A stretch of DNA of 64,000 nucleotides, from positions 124,001 through 188,000 of the forward strand of contig CDRNVI010000044.1 in the NCBI GenBank assembly GCA_977017575.1. Direction: 5' to 3'. This DNA comes from Paramoeba atlantica. Its lineage: Eukaryota > Protista > Discosea. Position 1 is the stretch's first letter; each line of letters starts with the position of its first letter. The notes under the pieces are model-generated. The model had not been told where the DNA came from. It did no database searches and worked only from the letters and a program-made list of their open reading frames with translations. Below, piece after piece: positions 60,229 to 64,000 of the stretch. The position numbers and the translations under genes are program-made.

Positions 60229-60545
60229 AGTCGCAGTCTATCAGATAGACAACACCTGTGCTCTGTTCTTTCTTGTCTTTAGTAAGTTATTGAAGGCATT
60301 AAAATGCTTATGAAAGTGCATCAGCAATCGCATGAAGCAAAAACAGAAATAATTTGCTCGGTTTGCACGGGAAATTTGCATGTAAGTTTAAGATTGACGA
60401 AACGTTGTCTCAGACTTGTCAAGCAATATTTAGAGTTCTTATTGGTTGAATAATTGGAGTTTGAAAGAATCTGTATTTGGTCACGCCTTAAGAGAAGAAT
60501 TTAAGAAATGTAGCTATTTCCTTTTACTTTACCGAACTCTTTGCC

Positions 60546-61766
60546 ATGAAATTTTATTCGACCAAGCCCTTAAGGTGTTTGTCTACCCTTGCACCTGTAA
60601 AATACGATTATTGTCATATTCTGCGACCGTATTGTACGACGAAATCCAGTATTTCACCAGTGTCTCCAGCCTCTGAAAAAAGTTCCCCCACACGAGCTAC
60701 GAATATACTTGCCGCAGCAGAAAAGATTAGAAACGGTCTAAAAGCAGTGCCGCAAGTGACAGAAGCGGGTAGTACGAATTCACAAGCGGTTTTCCCAGAT
60801 ATTTTGTCAAAGCTTACACCCCAACAATTCAGCAAAGTGGAACGCGAGACGCTTCAACGGACGGAAAGAGAAGAGCGCATACTCAACCAAGACAATCTGT
60901 TTCAAATGGATATTTCCACGAAGGATAGTACTCAGTCAGGTGGAGTTGCCGCAAAAATCTTTTGGAAATCGGTCTCCGTTGTTCCTATCGCTCACAAAAA
61001 TACATCTCAGGAAGAGCTAGGGAATCATAGCAGTTCTTTTCATGGTGTACAGGTGGATGGTCGCTTTGTTAAGGCATTTGAGACAACTCCGAAAGTAAAT
61101 TTATTGCTACCGACAAAGGATTACGCCTTTGCAGTTGCTCGAGAGTGGGCTACTCAGCAAGACATGTTGGACAAAACATTGATGCCTCTGACGGACATAG
61201 CCTCCGCTGCAATGTATCATGTCGGACCCGGTGGGATAGCCCCACGTGTGGACTATATTGCCGGCTTCCTACGCAGCGACAACACATTTTTTAGGTGCTC
61301 TCCATTAGAAGAAGAGCAAGATCGCTGTTTCGCACCGATTCATGACTGGTTTGAACGCACCTTTGAAGTCGCTACCCTCCCTCGGGTTGAAAAGCTGCGG
61401 TATCCGAATATTTCGCCAGAGACTATGTCTAAGGTGCAAGGCGTGTTGCGTGAACTGGATCTTAATCCATTTCAGGCAGTTTCTCTTTGTATTCTGGTGC
61501 AATATACCGCATCTTTGATCCTCCCTCTTGCGGTGCTGTTTACGAACGGCTCACTTCTTTCAACTAATGAAATGTTGCGACTTAGTCACTTGGAGGAGAA
61601 TTTTAACACGAAGCAACAGGGCTCGGTCAAAGGTTTTCATGATATTCGCGAGTCTGACGTACGAGTGAAGGTTGCGGCTGCAGTCTGTGCGTGGAAGCTT
61701 ACTGAAGGACTCTCCACCTCTGCGTGTTTGCCGCCACCTCCCAGAGTCGAGAACGGGCCTGCTTAG
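60546..61766 (+). CDS. ATP12: ATP synthase F1 assembly chaperone ATP12
   Basis: FWKSVSV, VQVDGR.VK, AVAREW..Q, LMPLT motifs with a presequence-like N-terminus. Confidence 0.85.
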   Translation: MKFYSTKPLRCLSTLAPVKYDYCHILRPYCTTKSSISPVSPASEKSSPTRATNILAAAEKIRNGLKAVPQVTEAGSTNSQAVFPDILSKLTPQQFSKVERETLQRTEREERILNQDNLFQMDISTKDSTQSGGVAAKIFWKSVSVVPIAHKNTSQEELGNHSSSFHGVQVDGRFVKAFETTPKVNLLLPTKDYAFAVAREWATQQDMLDKTLMPLTDIASAAMYHVGPGGIAPRVDYIAGFLRSDNTFFRCSPLEEEQDRCFAPIHDWFERTFEVATLPRVEKLRYPNISPETMSKVQGVLRELDLNPFQAVSLCILVQYTASLILPLAVLFTNGSLLSTNEMLRLSHLEENFNTKQQGSVKGFHDIRESDVRVKVAAAVCAWKLTEGLSTSACLPPPPRVENGPA

Positions 61767-62071
61767 CGTCAAATTCTTTCTATTCGAACTATTTTTTTAT
61801 TCGTTTTTCTTTCTTGCGTTTCTCTGCATATCGCACTTGTTTTCTTTAGTTAAGGGCGTACAACGCAGTCGTAGTGATTTTTTCAACTCCCATGTTTTTG
61901 TTGATACTTTTCTGATATTGAAAATGAATGACGGGGAAACAAGTTCCCGCTAAAAGTGCTACAACACAACTCATCATACTATAAACGAAGCTCATACATA
62001 TGGGAGTTACTCCCATCCAACGTTACTCCGAGTAACGTTGGAATACAAGACAGAGATCTCGCGGCTGCACC

Positions 62072-63025
62072 ATGAATAACAACGAAGTATCTTTCAGTTC
62101 CGATGTCGTTGCCTCCGCGTTATCCGGTATATTAGCCGTGATTCCTCTTCATCCGTTCGATACAATTAAAGCGCGAAGTATGTCATGCCAAGTTTCTTCG
62201 TTTACATTATCTCAAATGATACATAGACTCTGGCAAGAGGAAGGCTTGAAGGGCTTTTACCGTGGCTTTGGTATCGCAGCTTGTGGGAGTGCTCCGGGTG
62301 TATGCTTGTACTTGTCAACCTACGAAATATGCCGTCGAACTCTTTTGGAGTATTCACATACTGATTGTAGTCTACAATCATCCCGGTCTGTATACCAGAC
62401 ACATTATGCCAACGCCCTTGCGATCTCACTCGCAAGCGGATGTTTTGCTGAAGCGATTAGTTGTGTATTATGGGTACCTGTTGATGTTCTTAAGGAAAGG
62501 CTACAGTGTCAAACACGCGACACGAAATACGGCTACCGGAGCTCGTGGAACGCTCTCTGTACGTGCATCAAGGCAGAGGGCATCGTCGGTCTTTATAGAG
62601 GATATTGGTCAACTTTACTTTGCTACGCACCAACTTCAGCTCTTTATTTTGCATTTTACGAGACGTTGCAAACCCTTTTTAACGCGAATGATGACCCGTG
62701 TAAGAGCTTTGCATCAAACATGAGAAGTGCTTTGGTAGCGAATGCTTTAGCATCGGGAATCACTTGTCCTTTGGATGTTATCAAGATTCGGCTACAAATT
62801 CAGAGAACCCATCTTCTAGATGGCCGCGGACAAGTGGTACTTTCACAACAGTTTAAGTTCAAATATTCAGGAATTTTCAATGCCCTTCTATCAGTGATGC
62901 ATGAAGAAGGATTCAAAAGATTATATCGCGGCTGGTATGCTCGGGTGTTATTTTCGGCTCCGAATGCCGCCCTTACAATGTCCATCTTTCAAAAATTGAG
63001 AACGACTTTTCATAATCAGGCTTAA
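62072..63025 (+). CDS. Mitochondrial carrier (SLC25) protein
   Basis: Three Px[DE]xx[KR] signatures: PFDTIK, PVDVLK, PLDVIK. Also GLKGFYRG and GIVGLYRG. Confidence 0.93.
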   Translation: MNNNEVSFSSDVVASALSGILAVIPLHPFDTIKARSMSCQVSSFTLSQMIHRLWQEEGLKGFYRGFGIAACGSAPGVCLYLSTYEICRRTLLEYSHTDCSLQSSRSVYQTHYANALAISLASGCFAEAISCVLWVPVDVLKERLQCQTRDTKYGYRSSWNALCTCIKAEGIVGLYRGYWSTLLCYAPTSALYFAFYETLQTLFNANDDPCKSFASNMRSALVANALASGITCPLDVIKIRLQIQRTHLLDGRGQVVLSQQFKFKYSGIFNALLSVMHEEGFKRLYRGWYARVLFSAPNAALTMSIFQKLRTTFHNQA

Positions 63026-63796
63026 TATACGACCCAGTGTAAAACACGCGATTGCCCCCGAGACAGATTTTTACTCGTGCCATGTCTTTCATTCAGTCAG
63101 AAATTCGATACAGCTTAGATGAACCACCTTAGATTTTTGAACCACCTTAGATTCGACCCGCTTTAGATTTGTCCGATCCACTTTACATTTGAGGGGCTGC
63201 GAGTATGATCTCACGCGATCTCTTTTTGAGGTCGTCGAACCACCCTCCCGAGCCAAATCCGCTCGCGAAAGATCTCGCGTCATCTCACTGATCTCGCGTG
63301 ATCTCACGTGATCTCGCCCTGGGCCTCACCCGCAGCCCCTGATTAGTATGACCCATAAATTATTATTTGAACTATGAGCTCAATGAAAATTTTCTCACTA
63401 AACCGCCGGTGAGGAGCCTAGCGTGTCACCCTTGAGAGAAGATGGCAACTTGCCAAAGGAGGCACAACCTCCTGAGGGGGGCAGCGTTTTCAAGAACCCG
63501 GTATACTTCACTTCACTGCACCTCGGGGCAGATTTTGTTATAAAATTTGTTAGAATGATTGGCAGATGGGAGCAAGCGCCGATTGAACTTTATTAATCCT
63601 GGGCAGCGTTCCCCCTGACGACGACTAATGGCGTGCAATATCTTAAAATCTATTATTTGACCATTTGGCATACATGGGGTATTGAAAACCAGTACCTAAA
63701 AAATACCTTTTTTGGGGTACATCTTTATGTCACTTGACCCAGACTTTTTATACTTCCTGCAATGCTGCGCTATTTTTCAATGCTCAATTTTATAGT

Positions 63797-63838
63797 TTTT
63801 TAGATCTACTCAACTCAAGTGTCGAGTAGATCTAAAAA
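63797..63838. repeat. Inverted repeat, 15-bp arms
   Basis: TTTTTAGATCTACTC / GAGTAGATCTAAAAA with a 12-nt loop. Confidence 0.8.
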
Positions 63839-64000
63839 GTATAAAAAGTATCTAAAAGAGTATAAAAATTACAACGAAAATAAGAATTTATAAATTAAAA
63901 TTTATTTATATTACCGCCCCCCCCTATTTACTATTTAGTACCTTGCCCGCCCTATTTAGTGTCTAATTTCAAAGCTTCGTAGAAATTGGGGCCGCGAATT

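Overview
Eukaryotic, intron-less, gene-dense window. All recognisable host genes lie on the + strand, consistent with a kinetoplastid-type polycistronic unit. RPS8 and RNA Pol I carry kinetoplastid-like motifs, and an LRR protein resembles a family I associate with Perkinsela. A basal kinetoplastid is therefore my inference; no database search was run. Host genes: DEDDh RNA exonuclease, ATP-grasp/SET fusion, SMYD-like SET protein, thiamine pyrophosphokinase, CTD-type phosphatase, RPA1, malic enzyme, PH-AGC kinase, LYR protein, LRR protein, DOHH, EFL1, a 57-aa microprotein, a 2000-aa orphan, three amino-acid permeases, an F-box-like protein, XPF, RPS8, a Zn-finger/SPPR-repeat protein, ATP12 and a mitochondrial carrier. 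Mobile DNA is unusually diverse: an intact Tc1-like element with a DD32E triad (106-107 bp TIRs, TA TSD) and a related MITE, an intact Merlin element (8-bp TSD), and a 5'-truncated RTE-like LINE with a C-terminal RNase H, (TATG)5 tail and 12-bp TSD. There are also DIRS-like and gag-like relics, a TA-flanked CTRT..CCCCCC MITE family, and a tRNA-shaped Pol III element with decayed stems. The most striking non-annotation signal is a repeated, sharp switch from C-rich to G-rich sequence inside many GC-rich genes, visible at synonymous codon positions.
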